From assembly GCF_009914755.1 (NCBI RefSeq), contig NC_060928.1: 64,000 bases of DNA; one strand, 5' to 3'. This DNA is from the human T2T-CHM13v2.0 reference genome, Homo sapiens. The translations under genes were made by a program, and so were the position numbers. The notes below the pieces were generated by a model, which was not told the origin of the DNA, did not search any database, and worked only from the letters and a program-made list of their open reading frames with translations. How positions within the stretch are numbered: the first letter of the stretch is position 1; each line of letters begins with the position of its first letter. Below, in pieces: positions 46,421 to 59,440 of this stretch.

Positions 46421-48039
46421 CAACCTATAGCTTTTAATAAGATGCGTAGCTCTCTACTTGAAGACAGTGATAGTAAACAATGTAATATAATGGCATAAAT
46501 GCTTTCAAGGTCAACCCAAATTCACAGGTGTTTGAGAATTTAGGAATGCCAGAACCTTGATGTTCAATAACTACCATTGAGTGTAGATCATTTAGTCTGA
46601 GAAAAGGATGGAAAATCATGCATGAATGTCGAATGACAACAATAATGCAGAAATTGTTTTTATCAGCAAGCCTGATTACTGGTGCAGATGGACGATCTGG
46701 GTGAATATAAATATATTTTAAATCTTAAAACATGCCGCATGCATCTACAGAACTATTTTGTTTCATGGGTTTCCTGAATCACATACAATATTCATTTTAC
46801 ACTTACAAAGTGTAAAAAGAGGGGAAAAGCAAAGTAATGTGAGCTCCTACTTTTAAAAAAAAAAATCCTTAGCTGTAAAGTTAAAACGTATGCAATAAGT
46901 TTTTACCACAAAATGTGAACCACACTGGGGTTAGTGGTTTGCATTTTTATAATCAACAAATGTCCATCCTCTTATTCACATTTTAAGTCTCCTGTTAATG
47001 CCACCAAATATAAAACCAAATTGGAATATTGTTTCATGAAAGACCTCTGGCTACACACAAATTCTTAGGTTATATTCTTTACTCTGACAACTCTCAGCAC
47101 TTTATTATAACTCTTAAAATTGAGGACCTGCACTATTAAATATTTTACACTTTCATTTTCCAACTTACACTCAACATAACCTCTTAAGAATATGTATACA
47201 CACATACATATATATATCACAGAAAGTGTTCAGCCTGTTGCCAACATCAACTGTAATTTAAAAACTCTAACCGAAAATTTTTTAAAAGTTTTTTTAGAGC
47301 CTCAGATGATCTAAATTTTACAGTGAGCATGGTAAATTTGAGAAATAGGATTTTGATCCTATGCTGCTTGGGAGAAAAAGTAATGGGAAAAGAAATGTAA
47401 CTCAGCTCTTTCCATTTATTTTCCATTAAAATGTTGCTACACTTTCAAAGTGTTGGTAGGTTCTGAAAATGCAGTGTTCCTATCTATGACTAGTCAAAAA
47501 CGACCAACAAGCCATCCCTAGTTTACATCTTTAAAAGAAAAATAGGGAACGAAGAAAGGACATTTATGCTGATTTATTAAACAATAACTTTTTTTCTTTA
47601 AACTGTTTATAATCTGCCTAAAGAACAGGTCCAATACATACTTTTAAAAATCGGCCTGGTTCTCTGGCCCCCTGATCATTCTATGCGCTGTAATTCAAGG
47701 AGAGCAGAAGGCTGGGAATGCGCAGAGTGAAAGGAAAGTGGGTGCAGATGGCCTCAGAGGGGCAGGTGACCCCTGAAAACTGTTAGTCGACAGCAACCGA
47801 TCATTCTAGACCTCCATGGCCTTAGTGTCTCACGCTAAACTCGCAAAAAGTGCCCTTTCAGGGCTATCCTCTGGGCGCTCAAGATTTAGGATTTTGAAGG
47901 AAGAAGGTGAAAGCGGGGGAAGACGATTTTAAAAGAAGGGCTGGGTTATTAAAGAGAAAAGATTAATCCCGGAGCCTTCCCCTCTGTCAAAAAACCCTGA
48001 AAGTGACTAAATTGACACCAACTCTGGATGTTCCTTAGG

Positions 48040-48068
48040 AAAAAAACAAAACAAAACAAAACAAAACA
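48040..48068. repeat. (AAAAC)n microsatellite
   Basis: aaaaaaacaaaacaaaacaaaacaaaac. Confidence 0.85.
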
Positions 48069-48272
48069 AGATTAAAAAGGGCCCAATTTAAGACCCTTAT
48101 TAATACATCTGCAAGAGAGCAAAGAATAACAACAACAACAAAAGTTATACAGTCAATTTTCAATGATACATCGTCCCACTGGTGCCACCAGGGCGCCACC
48201 ACCCAGCACCCGAGACCCGCCGCGCCCCCGGAAAAAGTGGGAAGGGACGTAGGGGGATGCTGAAGGAAGTAC

Positions 48273-48298
48273 CTTGTTTTGTCTCCAAAGGGCAACAT
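48273..48298 (-). CDS. PDE5A: PDE5A2-specific first exon, coding part (MLPFGDKT-R, 26 nt, phase 2)
   Basis: ATG TTG CCC TTT GGA GAC AAA ACA AG|GTACTT; known PDE5A2 N-terminus; same phase as exon A1. Confidence 0.93.
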
Positions 48299-48472
48299 AG
48301 CAAACGTGGGAAGTTCGTTTTCGAACTCCGCCGATCCTGGACTCCAGGAGGCTCCGTAGGGGCAACAACGCGCGCAGGTGAGGTGAGGTGAGGTCGGCGA
48401 CTCAGAACCAGCTCCCTCACGGCCCCGGCCTCCGCGCCGCCGCCCGTCGCCTCCCGCTCGCCCCGCGCTGCG

Positions 48473-48486
48473 CCGCCCCCTGGCGG
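48473..48486 (-). promoter_or_regulatory. CTCF-like core motif upstream of exon A2
   Basis: Minus strand CCGCCAGGGGGCGG, close to the CCASYAGRKGGCRS consensus; GC-rich background lowers specificity. Confidence 0.45.
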
Positions 48487-49117
48487 GGAGCGACCGGCAG
48501 AGCCGCGGCCGCGCGCCGGCGAGTGGGACCCGGGCGTCGAACCCGGGCGGGCTCCTCGACCATCACTGCCGGGCGTGTGTCACCCTCCCGGCCAAGACGG
48601 CCAGCACCCGCTGCCCGACGGCCGCTGCCCAGAGCAGGCGGCAGCGGGGCACGGACTCTTTCTGCAAAGGGGCGCGTCCTGGAGTCCACGCACCCCGACT
48701 ATGCATCAATTCCTCAGGCTTCGGGGCACCCGCCCGCCAAGCACTCTCTGCTCCACTCTTCTTGTCCCTCTGCTCCCAGTCTCAATTCCTCCCCAACTCT
48801 CCCGCGAGCGTTTCCCACGAGCGCCCCGACTGCCCGCTGCGCAGCCGCCTCCAAAAGGACAGGCTCCCTCCTCCCCGCCCTCCGCAAGGGCCGCCCCGGC
48901 GCTTGGCTCTGGACCAGAAAGAGCTGGCCTCTGGGGTCTGCGCTGCCCCTTGGGGTCCGCTCCAGGCGGCGCCTCCCCTGCGCCCTTTGTGTGCACGCCG
49001 CAAACCCCTCTGCAGAGCTCTACTTTTGGCGGCACAGCCTTCGGCGGAAAAGCGAGTGAAAGGAGGCGCGCGGGACAAGCAGGAGACTGGAAGGGGGGAA
49101 AAGGCGACCGCACTCAC

Positions 49118-49230
49118 TTTGGCAAGGTTCCGTCATGTTGCCTTTGGGCTGTCCCGTGGACTCGTCCCTCACCCCAGCTTCCCCGCCCAGCCAGGGCCAG
49201 GGCGAGGGGGGACGGGGGAGGAGCGGAGCC
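49118..49230 (-). other. PDE5A: Probable PDE5A3-specific first exon (5' UTR for isoform starting at Met53 in exon 2); 5' boundary approximate
   Basis: Consensus donor AAA|GTGAGT at 49118/49117 between the A1 and A2 exons, fitting the known A1-A3-A2 order. Confidence 0.65.
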
Positions 49231-49426
49231 ATCAAGACCGACTTGGAAATGGTGCTTCCGGAGCTGCAGGGAAGGGGCTCAGAAACTGTTTGGGTTTTGC
49301 TGATTGGATTTTGGGGAACCAGAGGGCTAGAGAGGGGCTAGGGGAAGGCCCGTGAGCACGGATGTATGAAAATAATCATGTTCCCGGGGAATACCAAGAG
49401 GGGCGGGGGTGAGGGTGGGAGGTCGG

Positions 49427-49472
49427 CAAGTACATTTTTGTATTTGAACCAAGTACATTTTTGTATTTGAAC
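49427..49472. repeat. Perfect 23-bp tandem duplication
   Basis: caagtacatttttgtatttgaac x2 (49427-49449, 49450-49472). Confidence 0.95.
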
Positions 49473-49664
49473 TTTGTGAGCAAGTTGTATCAAATCCGAC
49501 ACTTGAGTTTTTCGACTGTGCTCGCTTAGAGTTGAGGTTTCTACCTCGTAACAGGACCGAGGACCTACTTCAAAAGCAAAGGGCCTGGGAACAGGGGTGA
49601 ACGAAGGGCACAATTCAACAGGGGAGAGAAATCAGCCCCGGGTCTTCCGTGGGTCCTCTTCTTA

Positions 49665-50034
<370 letters not shown>

Positions 50035-50115
50035 AGGCGCAGCTGCTGCGCCCCCCCACCCGGGGTCCGGCAGTGTTCCGCTCTCGCAGGCTCTTCAGTC
50101 CCCTGGTTCCCAGGA

Positions 50116-50142
50116 GGCGGCGGCGGCGGCGGCGGCGGCGGC
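50116..50142. repeat. (GGC)9/(CCG)9 trinucleotide repeat
   Basis: Nine perfect GGC units. Confidence 0.95.
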
Positions 50143-51418
50143 AGCGCCCGGCGAGCTCTCCGGAAGCCAAGTGGCGGCGGCTGGAAGGAGGCCGCGCGGC
50201 CGCTGGGGTGCGCTGTGTGCCAAGCCGACTTCTGGGGAGCGCGCTAGGTGACTGGGTGTGTTCTCAGAGTGCCCCAGGGAGGGAAGGTCGCGATGTGGGA
50301 AGTTTTGCCCGAAAGTAAGAGATGATGAGACCCTGGGCCCTTTTCCTGGGGCCTGGGAGTGCAATGACCTTCCCGCCTAGCTTTTCCCTAGCCCTACGCT
50401 TGGGTCTGGGAGGAGCGGGACCGACCTCCTTCAGAGCCCAGCCCGCTCAGTGACTTAAAGCGGTCCAGCCACGGACCACTGCGGGTGGAGAGAGCTGGGG
50501 CGTGTGCTAGCAAGAGAGATTTGCAGGTGTAGGTGGGTAACTTGCAACAAAGCCATACCCGTGCTTAATGTTAATGATAACAGCAATAATTATAACTTAA
50601 GTGCCTTTAACCATTGCCTCAAACTTCCCTTTTGCATAACTGGAAAAAGATTTACTTGGAAAAGAAAAAGCAAACAAATAATTTCCAATGCTTTGTGCAT
50701 GAAGTTAGAAAACAAGGGCACCTCTGTACAATTAGGTTAATCCGAGAGCACTGGCGCAACCCAGGTGCAGTCGAGGGCAACCAGTTATCCCAATTTTAAA
50801 TTAATGCATCATTTTAATTAAATTGGAATTAACACTCCCTCAAAAGTATCCATTAAAAATGGCTCAGCCTTTTTGTCCAATCCCTATCTTGCTTCTTTAA
50901 AAAAGGAATTGGTGTCATCCTTTGCTTTGTCTGCATCCCCATCTTCCTGTCATGCATTGGCAGTTTTAATATGGCATTTTGCAATGACCTATATTTTTTG
51001 GTAGAATTAAATCTGGAATTATGGGTTGCACAATGTGTGAATGACACCATTAGCAGTGATATAAAAAAAAATGAGTTAGCTGATATACTTCTGACAACTT
51101 CCTTCTAAATACTCTTGGCAAGAATTTAAGGCATTATTCACTACATAGAAACACATCATTAAATTGATAATCTGAGAACTTTTAAAAGTATCTTCTAGTC
51201 CCCCAATGCAATGGTTTATCTTTCCTTCATTGAGTAATTGACCTTTTGCGACTTCAGTTTTTCTGAAACTTTACTGCTGTATGCAGGTAGCCACAACCAA
51301 AGAAAAGCAATCAAAGCAGTAGAGTATGAACTAATGGGTGATAAATTATATTGGATTTAGAAATGAGAATTCTCTCCTAATGTGTTACTATGATAGTGAT
51401 TATAGTGCTCATGGAATA

Positions 51419-51728
51419 CAGTCATGCGTCACCGAACAACAGGATACATTCTGAGAAATGTATCCTTAGGCAATTTCATCCTTCTCTGAACATCACAGTG
51501 TACTAACACAAAATAGATGGCTCAGCCTACTACACACTTAGGCTATTGCTCCTAGACCACAAATCTATACAGCATATTACTGTACTGAATACTGTAGGCA
51601 ATTGTAATGCAATGATATTTGTGTGTCTAAACATATCTAAACATAGAAAAGGTACAGTAAAAATATAGTATTATCTTATGGGACTCATATATGTGGTCTG
51701 TCGTTGACTGAAAAGTGGCACATTACTG
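51419..51728. mobile_element. Tigger3a/MER7 MITE
   Basis: TA|cagtcatgcg...ttctgagaaatg...actgtactgaatactgtaggcaattg...actg. Confidence 0.8.
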
Positions 51729-51887
51729 TGGAAAGTTTCTCCTCAGTACAGTTTTTTCTTGTGGAAATCCATGCATTCCTCCTAACAGGAGATCAATCGT
51801 AATTTAAAACTCTGCTTATCTACTAAAGATGCAGTGAATTTGGGGCTTGAATTATTTGCTTTTGTTGGATACTTGATTAAATAAACA

Positions 51888-52284
51888 CGTATAATCATTT
51901 CAATGTTTGTATTCCCTCCAAAATTCATGTTGAAACTTAATCCCTAATTCAACAGTATTAAGAGGAGGTGCCTTTAAGTGGTGATTAGACCATTAGGGCT
52001 CTGCCTTTGTGAATGCATTAGTGCCTTTTTAAAAAAAGGCCCAAAGGAGACAGTTGGCCCCTTCTATTCTTTCCACTATGTGAAGACACAGCACTGACCC
52101 TTGCTGAGGATGCAGCAACAAGGTGCCATTTTGTAAGCAAAGAGCAGCCCTCACCAGTTGCCAAATCTGCTGGCACTTTGATTTTGGAGTTTCCAGCCTC
52201 CAGAACTGAGAGAAATTAATTTCTATTGTTTATAAATATCCCAGTCTGTGATATTTTATTACAGCAACACAAATGGACTAAGAC
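51888..52284 (+). mobile_element. MSTC-like MaLR LTR
   Basis: ccaaaattcatgttgaaact...ccagcctccagaactg...ggactaagaca. Confidence 0.8.
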
Positions 52285-52390
52285 AGTGGGTAATATCAAA
52301 ATGTTCATTTTTCTCTCCTAACCTGAAAGGGTTAAATTATCAGAAACCAGGAAGGTTTCTGAAAAATTGCTTCAAGAAAAACAATCTATA

Positions 52391-52695
52391 GGCTGGGCAC
52401 AGTGGCTCATTCCTGTAATCTCAGAACTTTGGGAGGGAGAGGTAGAAGGATACTTGAGCTCAGGAGTTTGAACCAGCCTGGGCCACATGGCATGACCCCA
52501 TCTCTACACAAAATTTTTAAAAATTAGCCAGGCATGGGGGAACACACCTGTAATCCTAGTTATTCGAGAGGCTGAGGCAAGAGGATTGAGCCCAGGAGGT
52601 CAAGGCTGCAGTGAGCCATGATCGTGCCATTGCACTTCAGCCTCAGTGACAGTGTAAGACCCCCGGCTCTATAACAAAAAAGAAAAAAAAAGAAA
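52391..52695 (+). mobile_element. AluJ
   Basis: ttgagctcaggagttt, gaggtcaaggctgcagtgagccatgatc. Confidence 0.9.
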
Positions 52696-53237
52696 AACAG
52701 TACATAGATTCTCTCAATAGTGAATCTCAAGTCTGTGTGGTATATATGATAGTTTGGGAGTTACTGTGAAGGCCTATTACCTGAGAAACATATCACAAGG
52801 GATTGGGGAACAGAAGTGTCTCAAACAGTTCTAGTCTCTGGGAGATTCAGCCAAAATGTGTAACTATACCTCCTGTAAATTTAAAGTAGTTAAAGGTAAG
52901 CATATTTTGAACTGACATTACCTGGGCCTCTTGTTTTTCAACTCCATTTTATTCTTTATCCCAATTTGCCCAATTATTTTGTTTTAACTTGGCATGAATT
53001 GTTCTAAGCACCTCAAATCTTGTTATGGAATTAGTTGAAGAATAAGTAAATCATAAACACTCCCAGGATATAACTTGAAAAATGCTGTTAATGCTATTTA
53101 TAACAAACAAATGAGCAATGATGTATGTATGTGTATATGTATGATATATATATGTGTGTATATGTATATATATATTTAATTTTTGTAAATGACCCAGTCT
53201 GTGGTATTTTGTTATTGCAACACAAGTGGACTAAGAT

Positions 53238-53240
<3 letters not shown>

Positions 53241-53288
<48 letters not shown>
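53241..53288. repeat. (TA)24 microsatellite
   Basis: Perfect TA run. Confidence 0.95.
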
Positions 53289-53292
<4 letters not shown>

Positions 53293-53469
53293 CAATGATA
53301 TATATGTGTATATACATACATATATGTCATTGCTCATTTGTTGCTCATGAGCAACAGCTTAACTAAAGACCTTCAATGTATTCCCACTGTGCTAAAATAA
53401 AATTCAAACTCTGTAACGTGGCTTATGGGGTTCTACATTATTTGGTTGTTACCTACCTGTACTGCTAAA

Positions 53470-56400
53470 GATTTTGGTCATACAAATAGAAAAAACAAAT
53501 GCAACAAAGCAAAAACACAAAAAAGAAATATAAGGCATAAAAATGAAAAAGTAAACATTCTCCATTTGCAGACATGAGTATCTATGAGGAATACCCAAAG
53601 GAATGCACAAAGCAACTACAAGAATTAAGAGGTGATTCAGCAAGCTTGCAGCATAAATGGTCAGTATACAAAAATCAATTGTATCTCTGTATACTAGTCT
53701 TATGGGCTGATTTGTTTCCCCAGATTCATATGTTGAAGCCCTAACCCCTAGTACCACAGAATGTGATTGTATTTGGAGATAGGGCCTTTAAAGAGGCAAT
53801 CAAGGTTAGATGAGGTCATGAGAGTGGTCCCTAATCCAATCTGACTGGTGCCACTATAAGAAGAGGGAATTTGCACACACAAAAAAGTGACACCGGTGAT
53901 ACTCTCCCACAGAGGGATAACCGTGTGAAGAGGCAGCAAGAGAATGGCCATTTGCAAACCGAGGAGAGACACCTCCAAGGAATCCAACCTGCTGGCACCT
54001 TGATCTTGGACTTCTAGTCCCCAGCACAGTGGCAAGATCAATTTCTGTTATTTAAGCCACCCAGTGTGTGGTACTTTGTTACGGCAACACTAACAAACTA
54101 ATACAACTAACAGTGAACAATTTGAAAACAATATTATTTATAATCGTGTAAAAAACATTAAATACTTAGGGATAAATTTGGCAAAATATACATAAGAAAT
54201 ATACACTAAAAGTTATAAAACATTACTGGGAGAAATGCAAAAAGACCTAAATAAATGGACAGATACATTCATTGATCGGCAGACTCAATATTATTATGAT
54301 GTTTATTCTTTCCAAACCGAGCAATATGATCCCAATCGTATTTCAGCAGACATTTTCATGGAAAGCGAAAATCAGATAACAAATTTTCTATGGAAATGCA
54401 AGAGATACAGAATGGCAAAACAATATTGAAAAAGAATAAAACTAGAGAACTTATGCTACCTAGCTTTAAGATTTACTATAAAGCTATAATAATCAAGGCA
54501 GTATGGCATTTGCATATGGTTAGTCAAACAGAACCATAGAATAGAATAAAGAGTTTAGAAATATCATTTATACAACTAGTTGATTTTCAACAAAGGTACC
54601 AGTTATTCTTTAAATAAAAGTAAAGTTTTTTTCAATAAATAATGCTTTAACAACTGGATCTTTATATGGAAAAATAGTATCCTCAACCAATATTTTATAT
54701 TATATATAAACGTTAATTAGGAATGAAACAGATCTAAAAACTAAATGTGATTTCTAGGAGGCGACATAGAAGAATATCTTTACAACTTGGGAGCAGCAGG
54801 GATTTCTTAGGAGGACACAGAAATCAATTAACTGTACGGAAACAACAACAACATCTAGATTTTATTAAAATCTTTTACTCTTTGAAAGACACTATAAGGA
54901 AAATAAAAATCCACAAACTAGAAGAAAATGTTTGCAAAACATTTATCTAACAGGGACTTGTATCCAGAATACATAGAGAACTCCACAGCTTAATAATAAA
55001 AAGATAAATGTCTCAGTAGGGGAAAAACTAGCAAAGGACTTAAGCAGACACTTAATAAAGTAAGACATGTGAAAGTTCACTAAGCACATGTAAAAATACT
55101 CAACACCTAAGTCTTCAGGGAAATGCAAGTTAAACCACCGTGAGATCTGCCTCCACCCTCTAGAATGGTCAAAATTAAAAAGACTGCTAATGCCACATGA
55201 TGTTTGGTGTTAGATATGTAGCAGTCAGAACTCTCACACATTGCTGGTAGGAAGTTAAAATGGTATAACCACTTTTGAAAAAGGTTTTGCCTTTTTCTTA
55301 TAAAGTTAAGAATAAGCCCTTTCCTCTATTAATTTCATTTATAGATATTTACCCAAAATATATTTATCCAAAAACTTATATCTGAAGATAAATTATATAA
55401 AAATGTTCAAAGTGGCTTTACCTTTAATAACCAAAAGTTCCAAATCTCCAATTATTTCATGAGGAGAATGGATAAATTTTAATATAATGATTAAATAGAA
55501 TATAACTCAGCAATAGAAAGGAATGAAATATTGATACATTTAAGAATGTGGATGACTATTATAAACATTATACTATATACACAAAATAATATATATGATT
55601 GATTCCATTTGCATGAAGCTCTAGGACAGATAAAGCTAATCTACAATGAAAATAATTCAAAAAATGGTTTGCTCTGGCAAAGAAGTTGACTGCGAAGAGG
55701 CATGAGGGAACATTATTGGGTGATAGTAATGTTCTGTGTCTTGAAAACTGGTGTGGGTTGAGTATGTGCTTTTTTTCGAAAGTTATCAAATTGTGCATAA
55801 ATGAAATCACTATGTAATTTTTACCCCAAAAATCTATTAAAAATATTGAAACTAGTTAGTAGGGTTGCTTTTTGTAGGGTATGAGTTAAAAGTTCTGAAA
55901 CTTCTTTATATTCTAGGCTTGAGAAAAGTGAGCAAATATAGTGAGATCCAGGTTTCTGGTTGTTAGAGAAGAGAATAACATATATGGAAAGGGGAAAGAA
56001 CAAAAGTTACATTGTGGTGTTGAAATGAAATTGGAGGTTAAAATTTTTAATTTAGTTTAAATTTTAATACATGCATCATGTGGGGAAAATCCACTTGACA
56101 AGGAAATATAGGCAGTTTGTAAGAGCTGTGGACGGCCTCCAGCTGATAGCCTACGATGAGTTCCAGCGAGGAAGAAAATGAAGGTCCTCAGTCTTGTGAA
56201 CCACAAGGAATTGAATTCGCTAACAACCTGAGTGACTCAGAAGTGGATATTTCTCCAGTCAAGCCTCAGATGAGACCACAGTCCCAGATAGTACCTTAAT
56301 CGCAGCCTTGTGAGAAGCTAAGCAGAAAACATCTTAATAATTGATGTTTTAATAATATTGAGTTCTACAATCCATGGGCATAGTATGTCTATCTGTTTAT

Positions 56401-57323
56401 TCATGTTTTTAAAATTGTTGTTTTTACAGTAAATGTCTTGCATATATTTTTTCAAATTTGCATCTATGTATATTCTGTCTATCATCAAGAATTACTAGAA
56501 GCAATAACATTCCAGTAGCAGTGAGTACGCTTCATACCCAAATTTGGTTTCTAAGTATCAGTCTCCACTAAAAGCAACCAGGAGTGTTTGGAGTAAAGAT
56601 TCCAGGTCTGGGGGCAGAGAAGGTATAAGATATGCCTGGAAAATCTTGTTTTGCCAGAAAATAAGAAAGCCTTAAAGAATGATGGAAACATATCAGAAAG
56701 ATAGATGATGTACTCTCAGTGAACAAATCTGGAGCAATCTGAGCATCAAAATGCATAAAAGTAACAAATTATAAACTATCGACTAAAATAAAAAACTATG
56801 ATTCTATACTGATATAAATAAATAAATAAATAGATAAGTAAATAAGAGAGAGTGAATTGCTCCTTAGAGTAAAAGGCCCACTAATACATATAAAAGGAAT
56901 CACATAGTTTAGAAAATCATTAAAATAGATGCTAAAAATAATAGATGAGAGTTTGATAATGAATGGGATATTTACATAGTCTTAAAGTTTAAAAGTTACT
57001 CATCTCCTCACAAGTTACTTATTAGTTACCATGGGAAAGTAGTAGCTTTACAATGAAGAAATCTTGTGGATACCACCCTAACCAAGTAATAGATTTAATA
57101 TCACTTAATACTGGGACAAACCAAAACTATATACCTTTTAGTAGAATGTACTGAGAAGGACACAACATCATTTCCGCTTCTGTGTTATTCCTCCCCAAAA
57201 TGTAAAATCTGAATCTAATCATAAGGAAACATCATTCATACTGAAGGGCTTTCTATAAAATAACTGGCCTGTATGCTTCAAAAATTTTAAGGACAAGAAA
57301 GAAAAAGAGAGACTGAGAAACTG
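53470..57323 (+). mobile_element. Old L1M (decayed ORF2 and 3' UTR) with nested MLT1A0 (53698-54105) and an MLT1 fragment (~56085-56330)
   Basis: ORF2-like remnants (KDLNKW, NFLWKCK); MLT1A0 with TSD actag/actaa. Confidence 0.75.
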
Positions 57324-57734
57324 TGTATTAGTTATTTATTGCTGTCTAACCTTACCACAATCTTAGTGGTATAAAGCAGTATACATTCATTATCTACCAG
57401 TTTCTGTGAATCAGGAGTCCAGGCTTGACTTAGGTGGGGTCTCACAATCAAGGTGTCAGCCAGAGCTTCAGTCTCAACTGAGGCTCAACAGAAGGAAGTA
57501 TCCACTTCCAAGCTCATTCAGACTGCTGGCAGAATTCAGTTCCTTGCAATCGCAGAAGTGAGGGATTCTCTTTATTGCAGGGTGCTGGCTGGAGACCTTC
57601 ATAGGATGTTGGCTAGAGTCTGTTCTCAGCTTCTGGAAACCACCTGTAGTTTCGTGCCACATGGAGTTCCTCAACATTGCAGCTAGCTTCCTCAAAGCCA
57701 GCAAGGGAAGAAGACTTCAGCAAAATGGGCACTA

Positions 57735-58556
57735 CAGTCATGGACAAGTTCTGAGAAATGCATTGGTAGGCAATTTTATAATTGTGCAAACATCACTAAA
57801 TGTACTTACACAAACCTAGACTGTATATTATAACCCAGCAGCCTCCAACCTTTTTGGCACCAGGGACTGGTTTTGTGGAAGACAATTTTTCCATGGACTG
57901 GGGTTGGGGGATGGTTTCGGGATGATTCAAGCACATTACATTTATTGTGCACTTTATTTCTATTATTACTACCTTATAATATATAATGAAATAATTATAC
58001 AACTCATCATGATGTAGAATCAGTGGGACCCCTGAGCTTGTTTTACTGCAATTAGATGGTCCCATGTGGGGGTGATGGGAGACAGTGACAGATCATCAGG
58101 CATTAGATTCTCATAAAGAGCACACAACCTATATCCCTTGCATGTGCAGTTCACAATAGGGTTTGCATTCCTATGACAATCTAATGCCATCACTGATCTG
58201 ACAGGAGGTGGAGCTCAGGTTGGTAATGTGAGTAATGAGGAGTGGCTATAAATACAGATGAAGCTTTGCTTGCTCACCTGCCACTTACCTCCTGCTCTGT
58301 GGCCCAGTTCCTAACAGGCCACAGACCAGTACTGGGGGAGTTGGGGATCCCTGATATAGCCTATTGCTTCCAGGCTACAAACCTGTACAGCATGTTACTG
58401 TACTGAATACTGTAGGCAATTTTAACACAATGGTAAATATTTGTGTAGCTAAACATAGAAAAGGTACAGTAAAAGTATGGTATTATAATCTTATGGGACC
58501 ACTGAAGTATATGCAGTCCATCATTGACCTACATGTTGTTATACAGCACATGACTA
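57735..58556. mobile_element. Tigger3a/MER7 interrupted by MER1A
   Basis: TA|cagtcatg...catgacta|TA; same internal motifs as the 51419 copy. Confidence 0.8.
57836..58353. mobile_element. MER1A (hAT-Charlie)
   Basis: cagc..ctccaacctttttggcaccagggac...ggggatccctg; 518 bp; degenerate 8-bp TSD ttataacc/atatagcc. Confidence 0.85.
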
Positions 58557-59056
58557 TAATTGTATGTAATATATGCACACAATCATGTACAGATAATCAC
58601 ATATATCCAATCACCTTTGCCATATTCTATTTTTTGGAAGCAAATCAAGATCTTGCCTTCACACAAGCAGAAGCGATAACACCAGGGTAGGAATCACTGA
58701 GACCATCTCAAGAGTTTGTCTAGAATATCACTGTGTGATAAGGCAAAGGGCCTGGGACATAGCATACGTTGGTAGATATTTGTTGGGTCAGTTTAAAAAA
58801 GACACGTGGATGTCTACTCTCTTGGAGTACCTTGACTGTACTTCTGAGTATTGTATATAAATATGTCAGCAATTAATCTTTGAGGAAGGGTTGTTTCTTT
58901 TAGTGGTCTTAGTGAGTCTTATCACACTTAATAAGATAACCCTTTACATTTAACAGCAGTAGGCTCATATGAAAGAGCGGTTTTCTGTTGATAGTGCTGG
59001 AGCTCATATTTCAAGTTGTTGCACAGCAGAGATCAGCCTAATATTTTAAATGCAGC

Positions 59057-59440
59057 TGTATAGGTCTGTTTTCACATTGCTACAGAGAACTACCTGAGGC
59101 TGGGTAATTTATAAAGTAAAGAGGTTTAATTGGCTCACAGTTCTGCAGGCTGTACAGGAAGCATGGCTGGGGAGACCTCAGGAAACTTACAATCATGGCA
59201 AAAGGAGTGGGCGAAGCTAGCATGTCCTACATGGTTGGAGCAGGAGGAAAAGAGAGAAGCGGAAGGTGCCATGCACTTTTAAACAACAAGATCTTATGAG
59301 AACTCACTCACTATCAGAAGAACAGCAAGGGGGAAGGCCACCCCCATGATCGAATCACTTCCCACCAAGCCCCTCCTCCAACACAGGGGATTACAATTCG
59401 ACATGAGATTTGGGCGGGAACACAAATTCAAACCATATCA
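59057..59440 (-). mobile_element. MSTA/B MaLR solo LTR
   Basis: ggctcacagttctgcaggctgtacaggaagcatgg...aaaccatatca; TSD gcagc. Confidence 0.88.

Larger units (their letters stand above)
57324..58730 (-). mobile_element. MLT1 (E/F-like) LTR interrupted by Tigger3
   Basis: tgtattagtt...ttccaagctcattcag..ggcagaattcagttccttgc; resumes after 58558. Confidence 0.7.
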
